DNA from: Myxococcales bacterium | GTDB lineage: Bacteria; Myxococcota_A; UBA9042 | DNA length: 43,005 bases | Direction: 5' to 3' | Assembly (NCBI GenBank): GCA_037441385.1 | Contig: JBBISH010000044.1 | Location: 1 to 43,005 of the forward strand | In this document: piece after piece, positions 1 through 8,616 of the stretch | Numbering within the stretch: position 1 is the first letter of the stretch | Layout: each line of letters opens with the position of its first letter | The notes under the pieces: model-generated | Database searches by the model: none | What the model saw: only the letters and a program-made list of their open reading frames with translations | What the model was told of the DNA's origin: nothing | Made by a program: the position numbers and the translations under genes

Positions 1-153
1 GTCCGCACGAGGCGGCGACCATCGCATGCTTCTGCAATCGAAAACAGGTCTTTCGCCTGTTATTCTCTAATAATTTGGAATTACTTTGAAAGTCCGGATC
101 TGGAACCGGTGGGCAAGGCAGAGCGCAAGACGAAACGAATCGGGAGACACATC

Positions 154-1407
154 ATGAGCAAAGTCAGCATTATCGGCGCCTACAACACCAAGTTCGGGTC
201 CCTCGTCGAGGTCAAGGACCGCATCTCGTTCAAGCAGAAGGTGGACCAGAAGACCTTCTACGACCTGATCATCGAAGCCGGGCGCGGCGCCATCGCCGAC
301 GCGGGCCTGAAGGCCGAAGACATCGACGGCGTGTGGATCGGCGCCTGCGCCCCGTCGCGCTTCGTCAACCAAGAGCACATCGCCCCCATCGGCGTGATGA
401 TCGACCCGGCCCTGCGCTTCAAGCCCATGACCCGCACCGAGGCGGCCTGCGCGTCGGGCTCCGTGGCCATCTACGACGCGATGTACGCCATTGAATCCGG
501 GCGGTTCAAGAACGTGCTGGTGGTGGGCGTGGAGAAGATGAACCTGCTGGACACGCCGTCCATGACCACCGCGCTGGCGACCTGCTCGTACTGGCCCGAA
601 GAGGGCGGCAAGGGCGCGACCTTCCCCGGGCTTTTTGCCGAGCTGGCCAAGGCTTACATCGCCCACTATGGCCTCAGCGACCAAGAGTGGCGCGAGCAGG
701 CGGCCCACGTGGCGGCGCTGTGCTACAAGAACGCCAGCCACAACCCCCTGGCGCACGTGCAGAACGGCCCGCAGACCGCGGCCGACATCCTGGGCCTGCC
801 GGACAGCGGCAAAGGCAGCAACATGATGGTGGCAGCTCCGCTGCGCCTGCACGACTGCTCGCTGGTGACCGACGGCGCGGCGGCGGTGGTGCTGACCTCG
901 ACCGAAAACGCCATGAAGACGCGCGACAAGGTGGTGGAGATCGCCGGCATCGGCCACAGCGAGGAGCACCTGCCGCTGTCGCAGCGGGCGGTCAAGTGGG
1001 AGCTGCAGGCCGGCAAAGACGCGGTGCGCAAGGCGTTTGCCGAGGCGGGCGTCACGGCCAAGGACGTCGACATCGCCGAAGTGCACGACTGTTTTACCAT
1101 CAACCAGCTGCTGACGACGGAAGCGCTGGGCTTCTCGGCCGACGGCAAGGCGGGCCAGGACTACGTGGCCGGGCGCTTTGGGCCGGACGACGAGCAGGTG
1201 TGCATCAACCTGTCGGGCGGGCTGAAGGCCAAGGGGCATCCGGTCGGCGCCACGGGCGCGTCGATGCACGCGCTGGTGTACAAGCAGCTGATGGAAGAAC
1301 CGATTGGGCTCAAGCCGACCAAGAAGGTGCCGAAGGTGGGCGTGACGTTTAATGTCGGTGGGTCGGGGGTGACCAACTGCGTTACGGTTTTGCGGCGGGT
1401 GAAGTAG
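154..1407 (+). CDS. Thiolase (acetyl-CoA acetyltransferase), SCP2-type
   Basis: Motifs EAACASG (active Cys), EVHDCF (SCP2-type loop) and NLSGGLKAKGHPVGATG; GGAGA RBS before ATG 154; strong GC3 bias. Confidence 0.93.
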   Translation: MSKVSIIGAYNTKFGSLVEVKDRISFKQKVDQKTFYDLIIEAGRGAIADAGLKAEDIDGVWIGACAPSRFVNQEHIAPIGVMIDPALRFKPMTRTEAACASGSVAIYDAMYAIESGRFKNVLVVGVEKMNLLDTPSMTTALATCSYWPEEGGKGATFPGLFAELAKAYIAHYGLSDQEWREQAAHVAALCYKNASHNPLAHVQNGPQTAADILGLPDSGKGSNMMVAAPLRLHDCSLVTDGAAAVVLTSTENAMKTRDKVVEIAGIGHSEEHLPLSQRAVKWELQAGKDAVRKAFAEAGVTAKDVDIAEVHDCFTINQLLTTEALGFSADGKAGQDYVAGRFGPDDEQVCINLSGGLKAKGHPVGATGASMHALVYKQLMEEPIGLKPTKKVPKVGVTFNVGGSGVTNCVTVLRRVK

Positions 1408-1555
1408 GCGACAAGCGGGACGGCTTGCGCTGACATTCGGGCAATACCGTAGAGAAGCTGTCCGCGGACGACGCGGGTGTGCTCGCGAAGTGTCTTGGCG
1501 CCGCGAGGCGGGACGATGGCCGCAGAGGAGCCTGCGTGTCAGGTGGTGTGCGCCG

Positions 1556-1972
1556 ATGGACAAGGACGCTCGGATGGTCAGTCAACAGGACTTCGAAGCC
1601 GTTTTGGCCGAGATCTGTGCGTCTGGGCCTGCTAGCCACGGAGATGACCTGCTCGGCATGGAGATCGACGCCGACGTCTTTCTCGGTGACCCTACGTATT
1701 CTGACTGTGAGCCGGGACTGTGGCAGGACATGACGGTACGAATGGCCCGCACCGGCGAGTGGCTCATCCTCGGCGAGGCAAAGGGACACGTGGCGGACAG
1801 TTCAGCCATTGCGGACGCGCTCTCGCGGATCTGGTCGGGCCACCTTCGCTACCGCTTCCGGGCCGCGCATGTAGTGGTGTCTACGCCAGAGCTCGTTGAC
1901 CTCCGGGCGGTGACTCAAATTGGACCGGGTGGGCTCTGGGTCACAGCCAACGTGAGAGTACGCTTGACCTGA
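1556..1972 (+). CDS. Hypothetical protein (start 1556 or 1574)
   Basis: Open frame with globular, acidic composition (QQDFEAVLAEI...WVTANVRVRLT); no recognised motif. Confidence 0.6.
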   Translation: MDKDARMVSQQDFEAVLAEICASGPASHGDDLLGMEIDADVFLGDPTYSDCEPGLWQDMTVRMARTGEWLILGEAKGHVADSSAIADALSRIWSGHLRYRFRAAHVVVSTPELVDLRAVTQIGPGGLWVTANVRVRLT

Positions 1973-2012
1973 GCGAGCCAAGCATTTGGAGCGCACGAAC
2001 AAGGGCACACTG

Positions 2013-2162
2013 CGGATCACCGACTACGGGCGGCGCGATCAAGCGCCCCACGTGGCGGCGCTGTGCCACCGCAATGTCAGCCACAACTCCCTGGCGCACG
2101 TGCAAAACGGCCCGCAGACCGCGGCCGACATCCTGGGCCTGCCCGACAACGGCAAGGGCAGT
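2013..2162 (+). pseudogene. Diverged internal fragment of the upstream thiolase (matches ~670-819)
   Basis: HVAALCHRNVSHNSLAHVQNGPQTAADILGLPDNGKGS versus HVAALCYKNASHNPLAHVQNGPQTAADILGLPDSGKGS; long nucleotide identity. Confidence 0.9.
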
Positions 2163-2280
2163 AGGCGTCGAAATCCCTCGTTGATCGGCGCGGCGGTCGG
2201 GCGTACGCTCCAATAGGGGTGCTCGGGCGGCCGAGCCGCCCAGATGAGCGGCAGAGAGAGTATCGTGGGAGCCCCAATCG

Positions 2281-2586
2281 GTGCCTAAACTGTACGATTA
2301 CCTTGGACTTATCGTGCTTTTCTACGCGAATGAGCGCGAGCCCGTCCATGTGCACGGCAAGCGCGAAGGTCGTGAAAGCAGGGCCGAGTTGATCTACGTC
2401 GAGGGCCAACTCCGAGAGGTCCGCTTCACCGGAGTTCGCGGCAAAGAACCGCTCGCTCCGTCCGAAATGGCCGATTTCCGCGACCTGGTGACCGCACGGG
2501 CCGACGAGATCGTGCAGCGCTGGATCGACTTCTTCGTGCTGCACAAGACGTTCGCTCCTGAGCACATCTCGAGGAGGATCCGATGA
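2281..2586 (+). CDS. DUF4160-family protein (putative TA toxin)
   Basis: MPKLYDYLGLIVLFYANEREPVHVH...WIDFF pattern; ATGA overlap with the DUF2442 gene. Confidence 0.85.
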   Translation: MPKLYDYLGLIVLFYANEREPVHVHGKREGRESRAELIYVEGQLREVRFTGVRGKEPLAPSEMADFRDLVTARADEIVQRWIDFFVLHKTFAPEHISRRIR

Positions 2587-2855
2587 ATACGGTCAGCATC
2601 GCAGAGGCGGCTCAGGTAGGACCCCACCGGCTGCGGCTGACGTTCAGCGACGGCAAGGTCCAACTGGTCGACTTCGGGCCGTTTCTTGCGGAGCACGGGC
2701 ACCCCGCCATTCGGGCGTGGCTGGAGCCGGAGCAGTTCAGCCGCTTCCGCATCGAGTACGGCGACTTGGTTTGGGGCGACTACGAGCTGTGTTTTCCAAT
2801 CGCGGACTTGTACGAGAACCGCATCGATCGAGACCGGGTTGATGTGTCTGCGTGA
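2583..2855 (+). CDS. DUF2442-family protein (putative antitoxin)
   Basis: LRLTFSDG..VDF...F..FRIEYGDLVW...LY pattern; translationally coupled to DUF4160. Confidence 0.85.
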   Translation: MNTVSIAEAAQVGPHRLRLTFSDGKVQLVDFGPFLAEHGHPAIRAWLEPEQFSRFRIEYGDLVWGDYELCFPIADLYENRIDRDRVDVSA

Positions 2856-2954
2856 ACGCGGCGGGGGTGAAGGCCTCATCCGGCGAAGCCACGGAAGGAG
2901 AAGGCGAAGCTCGCCAAGGATGCGCGCCGACATCCGGAGGAGCGTAGCCTCCGA

Positions 2955-3383
2955 TTGCCCAAGCCCGACGTGGTGGCTGTGCAGGCGCTGGGGGATCACA
3001 CCGTGGCGGTCACGCTGGCCGATGGGCGGAGCGGCACGCTGGACCTGAGCTGGTTGCTTTGCTACCCGGCGTTCGCTCGGCTGCGTGAGCCGCAGTATTT
3101 TCCCCGGGTTGGCGTCGCCTATGGGACGCTCGCTTGGCCGGAAGGCGAGCATGTCTCGCCAGAGTCCGTGTCGGCACGGTTGCGGGTGGCGGCGGCGCGA
3201 ACTCGCGCAGTCTTGTCGGCTTGCACCAGAGTAAGTCGGGCATGTGCCCCCGCGTCAGCGATGCGAGCGCGAATGCGAGGTGGCCCGAGGGAGGGCCGCC
3301 TTCGCCGGGGCCGCAAGAACCTCAGACCCTTCAAGAGCTTCCTTCGGCCCGGCGACCGCAGCGCGACGGTCTGGCGCAAGTAA
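2955..3383 (+). CDS. Solo DUF2442-family protein; domain ends ~3195 and the frame runs on into the structured repeat
   Basis: VAVTLADGRSGTLDL...FARLREPQYF..VGVAYGTLAWPEGEHVSPESV; GGAGG upstream of the TTG start. Confidence 0.7.
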   Translation: MPKPDVVAVQALGDHTVAVTLADGRSGTLDLSWLLCYPAFARLREPQYFPRVGVAYGTLAWPEGEHVSPESVSARLRVAAARTRAVLSACTRVSRACAPASAMRARMRGGPREGRLRRGRKNLRPFKSFLRPGDRSATVWRK

Positions 3384-3463
3384 CCACGACTTCGCAGGCA
3401 CCTCTCTTCGCCAGACCGGGACGCCCACTTGCGACCCACCCAGCACGGCAACCAGCTGCTGAC
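3246..3463. repeat. Structured ~180-bp repeat (family S), copy 1, with 3' extension
   Basis: GCCCCCGCGTCAGCGATGCGAGCGCGAATGCGAGGTGGCCCGA...CGCCAGACCGGGACGCCCA, shared with copies at 5504 and 8617. Confidence 0.95.
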
Positions 3464-3776
3464 CACAGAGAGGCTGGGCTTCTCGCCGGATGGCAAGGCG
3501 GGCCAGGACTATGTGGCCGGGCGCTTTGGGCCGGACGACGAGCAGGTGTGCATCGATCTGTCGGGCGGGTTGAAGGCCAAGGGGCGCCACTTCGTTGGCC
3601 AAATTGGGGCGGTCGGTGCCACGGGCGCGTCGATGCACGCGCTGGTGTACAAGCAGCTGATGGAAGAGCCGATTGGCTTGACGCCGACCAAGAAGGTGCC
3701 GAAGGTGGGCGTGACGTTCAATGTCGGTGGGTCGGGGGTTACGAACTGCGTTAGCGTTTTTCGGCGGGTGAAGTAG
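3449..3776 (+). pseudogene. Duplicated 3' end of the thiolase (matches 1101-1407) with a net 21-nt insertion in the GHP motif
   Basis: NQLLTTERLGFSPDGKAGQDYVAGRF...VTNCVSVFRRVK; KGHPVG is replaced by KGRHFVGQIGAVG. Confidence 0.92.
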
Positions 3777-3858
3777 TTGCTGGGAGCGGGCGGCGGGGCC
3801 AAGGGGCCGGTGCGGGGATTTACGCGCGTAAATCTGGGCCCGGACCGATACACAGGAT

Positions 3859-3897
3859 CTTGCGGCGGGGGCAGCGGAATTTGGCTCCCGCCGCGAG
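3859..3897. terminator. Hairpin between convergent genes (terminator-like); diverged copy near 8105-8145
   Basis: CTTGCGGCGGGGGC / GCTCCCGCCGCGAG stem; no U-tract. Confidence 0.35.
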
Positions 3898-3938
3898 GTT
3901 CTGGATGACTGAGGTTCGGCGCGGGAACCCTGCGATAG

Positions 3939-4184
3939 CTACCCGCCCTCGACCAGCCGCAGCTCGGCGACGAGCGTTTCCGGCGCAATATCCTGCTCGT
4001 GTGGCCACGTCACCGCCCCGAACAAGATTCCAACCTGGTTGAAGTAGTGCACGTCGCGCAGCTCGCGGAAGACGCCGAAGTCCAGGTAGGGCTTGCAGTC
4101 GAACTCGCCGCGCCGACCGCTTTCCAGTTCAACCAGCAGGCAGTAGTTCGGCAAGGGTCTTACGGATTTGACGTCCCAGTCCAT
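3939..4184 (-). CDS. DUF2442-family protein
   Basis: MDWDVKSVRPLPNYCLLVELESG...FRELRDVHYFNQVGILFGAVTWPHEQDIAPETL. Confidence 0.88.
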   Translation of the reverse strand: MDWDVKSVRPLPNYCLLVELESGRRGEFDCKPYLDFGVFRELRDVHYFNQVGILFGAVTWPHEQDIAPETLVAELRLVEGG

Positions 4185-4191
4185 GCGCGCC

Positions 4192-4457
4192 TCACAGCGG
4201 AGCGATCTTGTAGGGTTGCTCGCCGCTGACCGCCAGCTCCCAATCGGCGACCAGTTCATCGCGGTGCAACTCGATCCAGGCCTGCACCAGGCGGAGCTGC
4301 TTGCGCGGCGGTTCGCCGCCCAGAATCTGCCATCCGCGAGGCCGATCGAAGCTTCGTACTCAGCGTACCTGGCGTGGATGTGCGGCAGGTTGTGGTGCTG
4401 GTTGTCCAGAGAGTAGAGCCGGATGATGATGCCGTAGAACATGGGAATAGTCGGCAT
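4192..4457 (-). pseudogene. DUF4160-family gene with a 1-nt frameshift near 4328
   Basis: MPTIPMFYGIIIRLY...HNLPHIHARY; continues in another frame as ILGGEPPRKQLRLVQAWIELHRDELVADWELAVSGEQPYKIAPL*. Confidence 0.85.
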
Positions 4458-4727
4458 TGGGAACACTCCGACGGACTCTGCGGCGCCTCGTTGCGCCACA
4501 GGCCGGCGTGCAGAGGAATCGCCAACAGGTCAATGAATTTTGGCGCGCGGAACGAGCGGACAGGTCCGACGTCGACTCAAGGCGACGTTGCCGGTGCGAC
4601 GAAGCGGCCGCATAATCTGCCTGAGAGGCGGTGTGCTCGGTAAAGAGCGACCACGCCCCGCATGAGATGGTTGCGGTGCGGCAGCGATACGCCGGCAGGG
4701 CTCAGAATGCGGCGAGGAAATTTCCCA

Positions 4728-5492
4728 ATGCTTTTGTTCGCCTGCCTTGCGTTGCTTGCGCCAGCCGCGAGCTGGGCCGAGCGTCCGACGGGACCGCCAG
4801 CAGTCTGTCTGGCTGACAGGGTATGGGTGTTGGACGTCCAGAGTGTGGAATCTTGGCCAACCGCGACGCTAGAGACGGCCGCAGGTGCCTGTACTTTTCG
4901 CGTAGCCAGGTTGTTCACGAGCGGTTGCGTTGCCATGATCTCGTGCGGTGCGCCGGCCGTCGGGGCTGTACGCCGTCCCGCGCAGCGTCGCGACAAAGGG
5001 CGTGCGGCCGTCGACCTTGCGCCAACACCGTGGCCGTTCGACCACAACGCCATCGCGATCATAACCAGCACGGGCCTGCGATTTGCGCATGACGTACCCA
5101 CGACCGAACTGGAATTTGTCCAGGCATCGGCGCGCTGCCCATGGGCAGGCCCTAACCACGAAACGCCTGCATCCTGCAGCGTGGAGCCGGAGCCATGGCG
5201 GCGCAGGCCAAGTGCGCTCCGATTCGCAGGCCGACCGGCCACGGGTCGGTTGCACGAATTCGCAGAGGAAATTCCACCCCCGTGTCCAACACGAGCGTGG
5301 GTGGCGGGGTACAAGACGCACGATCGGGAGTGGACGGATTTGGTGCGTGGACCCAGGAGCGTCGGGTCCATGGCGGTCTGTTTCGACCCGACGGCAGGAT
5401 TGCTGTGGGCATTCTCCTTCTCGGGGGTGGTTGGGTGGGACGGTGACGTCGAGCTCTTCATGAGCGAAATGGCCATTCGCCAGTTGCCCTGA
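4728..5492 (+). CDS. Hypothetical exported protein
   Basis: Signal-peptide-like MLLFACLALLAPAASWA; long ORF with atypical codon usage; stop lies 11 nt before repeat S copy 2. Confidence 0.5.
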   Translation: MLLFACLALLAPAASWAERPTGPPAVCLADRVWVLDVQSVESWPTATLETAAGACTFRVARLFTSGCVAMISCGAPAVGAVRRPAQRRDKGRAAVDLAPTPWPFDHNAIAIITSTGLRFAHDVPTTELEFVQASARCPWAGPNHETPASCSVEPEPWRRRPSALRFAGRPATGRLHEFAEEIPPPCPTRAWVAGYKTHDREWTDLVRGPRSVGSMAVCFDPTAGLLWAFSFSGVVGWDGDVELFMSEMAIRQLP

Positions 5493-5503
5493 GCCAAAGT
5501 CCG

Positions 5504-5722
5504 GCCCCCGCGTCAGCGATGCGAGCGCGAATGCGAGGTGGCCCGACGGAGGGCCGCCTTCGCCGGGGCCGCCGGAACCTCAGACCCAGCAAGACCTTCC
5601 TTCGGCCCGGCGACCGCAGCGCGACGGTCTGGCGCAGGCAGCCGCGACCACCGCCCGAAACCCTCTTCGCCAGACCGGGACGCCCAATTGCGACCCACCC
5701 AGCACGGCAACCAGCTGCTGAC
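5504..5722. repeat. Structured repeat S, copy 2
   Basis: Same ends and stems as copy 1; also shares the tail TTGCGACCCACCCAGCACGGCAACCAGCTGCTGAC. Confidence 0.95.
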
Positions 5723-6120
5723 GCTGCCTTGCCGTTTCCATACGATGCCAAGGCAGCTGCGGCATCGCCGGGCTGAGCTGGCCGGGCATGCTTCGTTCTG
5801 AGGCGATCCGTGAAACTCCGCAAATACCGTCGCGTTCGGGAGGCCCGTCTGCCAAAGGGCCAGTTTTCCATTGCCTATCAGGATCTTGTCAAGTCCGCGC
5901 ACAACCTGTGCTGCTGTCCATGCGGCCCGCCTGAGCGCTGCGGAGTTCTGTAGTTGCCAGCCGGCAAGGCAAGTGTTTGACCGAGGCCAACCGCGAGATC
6001 CTACTGGTCACGGCGACGGCCCCTACGGTACGCCTTGCGCCGCGACTAATTTCGGGCTAGATTCCGCCCGATCCTGGTCAAAACCTGGCCCGGATTTCAC
6101 TTCGGCCAAAGGTACGCGCC

Positions 6121-7386
6121 ATGCTGATTCGCTTCTCGGTCGAAAACGTTCTCTCCTTCCGCGCCCGCACCGACCTGACCTTTGTCGCGACGGCACGCAA
6201 AGAGGCGCCCGGCTACTCCCTGCCGACGCGGCACGCCAAGCACGGCCTGCTGCCGGTGGTTGGCCTCTGGGGCGCGAATGCCTCGGGCAAATCGAATTTG
6301 CTGACGGCGCTGTCGGCGCTGCGATCGAGCGTGGAGCACTCCTTCACCAAGCTGCAGCCCGACCAGCCCGTGCCGTGGCACCCGTGGATGATGCGCAAGG
6401 GCAAGGATTCCCCGCCCTCGTACTTCGAGTTGGAGTTCGTCAACGGCGAGGAGGTGCGCTTTCAGTTCGGCTACCGTCAGGATGCCTCGGGGTTTTGCGA
6501 GGAGTGGCTCTACCGCTGGGCCCAGAACCGGCCACAGCTTCTGTACCACCGCGACCATGCCAGGGCAGATCCTTGGTATTTTGGCCCGAACTTGAAGGGA
6601 AGCCGCAAGGAGATCGCGCAGGCGACGCGGCCGAATTGCCTGTTTCTATCGGCGGCGGCACAGTTCAACCATGCGGATCTGCTGCCAGTGTTCGAGGCGA
6701 TTACGCAAGGCGTGGCCAGCAGTGGTCCGGTCTTTCTTGGCACGGCTCCCATCTTTCTTGAGGACGCGCCACTGCTTTCTGCTGGCCTTCGACCCACGCT
6801 CATCGAACTCCTACGCTTCGCCGACACAGGCATCGTGGAGGCCGATGTGCAGCAACTCCGTGCAGAGGAGTACGAAACGGTGTTGGACTTTCGGCCAGAC
6901 GTGGAACCGGCCGCAAAGGGGCGCGTGGTCGTCCACTTCGTGCACGGTACAGACTCCATGGATGGTTGGACGGCGCCACCAACAATGGAGAGCGCTGGCA
7001 CGCACAGGCTACTCTCACGGATTTCGGAGATATTGTCCGCACTTCGCTCAGGCTCCCTGCTCATAGCCGACGAGTTCCACGCCGGCCTGCAGCCCGAACT
7101 TGCCGGGGCCCTCATCGACCTGTTCCTGTCGCCCGAAACCAACCCACACGGCGCGCAACTGCTGTTCACCGCGCACGATCGCGCAGCGTTGAGCCGTCTG
7201 CGCAGCGACGAGGTAGGTCTGATCGACAAGGACCGTCACGGCCAGTCGGTACTGCGCTATGCTTCAGACTACAAAGGTGTCCGCAGCCGCGACAACCTCC
7301 GGGTGGCGCACGAGCAGGGGCGCATTCGCGGCGTGCCCGTACTTGGGGACTTGAAGAGCGCGATGGCCAAGGCGGTGCGGGCATGA
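6121..7386 (+). CDS. AAA_21/ABC-type ATPase (RloA/AbiLi-like putative defence ATPase)
   Basis: MLIRFSVENVLSF start, Walker A GANASGKSN, signature ESAGT, Walker B LLIADE, H-loop QLLFTAHD, C-terminal GRIRGVP. Confidence 0.92.
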   Translation: MLIRFSVENVLSFRARTDLTFVATARKEAPGYSLPTRHAKHGLLPVVGLWGANASGKSNLLTALSALRSSVEHSFTKLQPDQPVPWHPWMMRKGKDSPPSYFELEFVNGEEVRFQFGYRQDASGFCEEWLYRWAQNRPQLLYHRDHARADPWYFGPNLKGSRKEIAQATRPNCLFLSAAAQFNHADLLPVFEAITQGVASSGPVFLGTAPIFLEDAPLLSAGLRPTLIELLRFADTGIVEADVQQLRAEEYETVLDFRPDVEPAAKGRVVVHFVHGTDSMDGWTAPPTMESAGTHRLLSRISEILSALRSGSLLIADEFHAGLQPELAGALIDLFLSPETNPHGAQLLFTAHDRAALSRLRSDEVGLIDKDRHGQSVLRYASDYKGVRSRDNLRVAHEQGRIRGVPVLGDLKSAMAKAVRA

Positions 7387-8034
7387 CGCGCAGACCCAAG
7401 CCGTCGGCCGACTCGAGCGGCGCGACAGCCAGTTGCCGCAGGTGCCGATGCTGGTCATCGCTTGCGAAGGCAAGACCGAGGAGCGGCTATTGACGGCCCT
7501 GAGCGGCCACCTGCGGATCCCGGCGAAACAGATTGAAGTCAGCGGGCAACAAGGCGTTCCACGCACCGTGGTGGATGCGGCTGAGAAGATGCGCGACGAA
7601 CAGCTCGCCAAGCTGCCCCGCCGCGAGCAAGCCACTGTGCCGCTGCAAACCTGGGCCGTCTTTGACCGCGACGAGCACGAATCGTGGCTAGAAGCGTGCA
7701 ATGCAGCCGCAGGCAAGCGCATTGAGCTGGCGATCAGCAATCCCTGCTTCGAGCTCTGGGGCATCCTGATGTACCAGGACCAGACGGCCCACATCCACCG
7801 CCACGAGGCGCAGCGCGTCCTGTCAGGCTTGCACCCAGCTATCACCACGACGACCATCCCTACCTGGACATGGATTGGCGCCAGGCGTTGGACGGTGAGG
7901 GCCAGCCTGTCAAGGCGGCGCAGACCCGGGCGCAGCGATTGCTGCAAGCTCGCGCGAGTAACCGGGATCCGCACGGCAACCCTTCGACCACATTTCATCT
8001 CCTCGTCGCGCGGCTATTCGAACTGGCGCAGTAA
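7383..8034 (+). pseudogene. RloB-like protein, frameshifted near 7405 and 7838
   Basis: ATGA overlap with the ATPase; LVIACEGKTE, WAVFDRDEH, ISNPCFELW; the terminal GNPSTTFHLLV..LF lies in a different frame. Confidence 0.85.
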
Positions 8035-8185
8035 CGTGCCTGCACCCCGCCTGTGCTTGAACTGCAAGCGGTGGATGGGCGGGAGTGCAGGCAGGTACAC
8101 AGGATTTTGCGACATGGGCAGCGGAATTTGGCTCCCGCCGCGAGGTGCTGAATGACCGAGGTTCGGCGCGGGAACCCTGCGACAA

Positions 8186-8431
8186 CTACCCGCCCTCGAC
8201 CGGCTGCATCTCCGCCACAAGCGTCTCCGGCGCAATATCCTGCTCGTGTGGCCACGTCACCGCCCCGAACAAGATTCCGACTTGATTGAAGTAGTGCACG
8301 TCGCGCAACTCGCGGAAGACGCCGCAGTCCAGGTACGGCTTGCAGTCAAATTCGCCGCGCCGACCGCCTTCCAGTTCGACCAGCAAGCGGTAGTTGGGCA
8401 AGGGTTTTACGGATTTGGCGTCCCAGTCCAT
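8186..8431 (-). CDS. DUF2442-family protein (paralogue of 3939-4184)
   Basis: Near-identical protein, plus ~90 bp of shared downstream DNA. Confidence 0.88.
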   Translation of the reverse strand: MDWDAKSVKPLPNYRLLVELEGGRRGEFDCKPYLDCGVFRELRDVHYFNQVGILFGAVTWPHEQDIAPETLVAEMQPVEGG

Positions 8432-8438
8432 GCGCGCC

Positions 8439-8546
8439 TCACAGCGGAGCGATGTTGTAGGGTTGCTCGCCGCTGACCGCTAGTTCCCAATCGGCGAGTA
8501 GTTCATCTTGATGCAACTCGGCCCAGGCCTCGACCAAGCGCTGCTC
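8439..8546 (-). pseudogene. 3' half of a DUF4160 gene, 5'-truncated
   Basis: Reverse strand reads EQRLVEAWAELHQDELLADWELAVSGEQPYNIAPL*; no N-terminal half. Confidence 0.8.
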
Positions 8547-8616
8547 GCGGCCGTCACGGTAACAGCGCCTGTGCCCTGGAGCAACGCCAAAGAGGGGCTA
8601 ACCCCGCAGCCGGGGA

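Noticed and set aside
67..1563. Long antisense or alternate-frame ORFs (also 8480-10129, 11342-13255, 28197-29687, 29715-31250, 31287-33167, 36720-38117)
   Set aside because: Shadow ORFs of high-GC genes; Arg/Ala/Gly-rich with no motifs.
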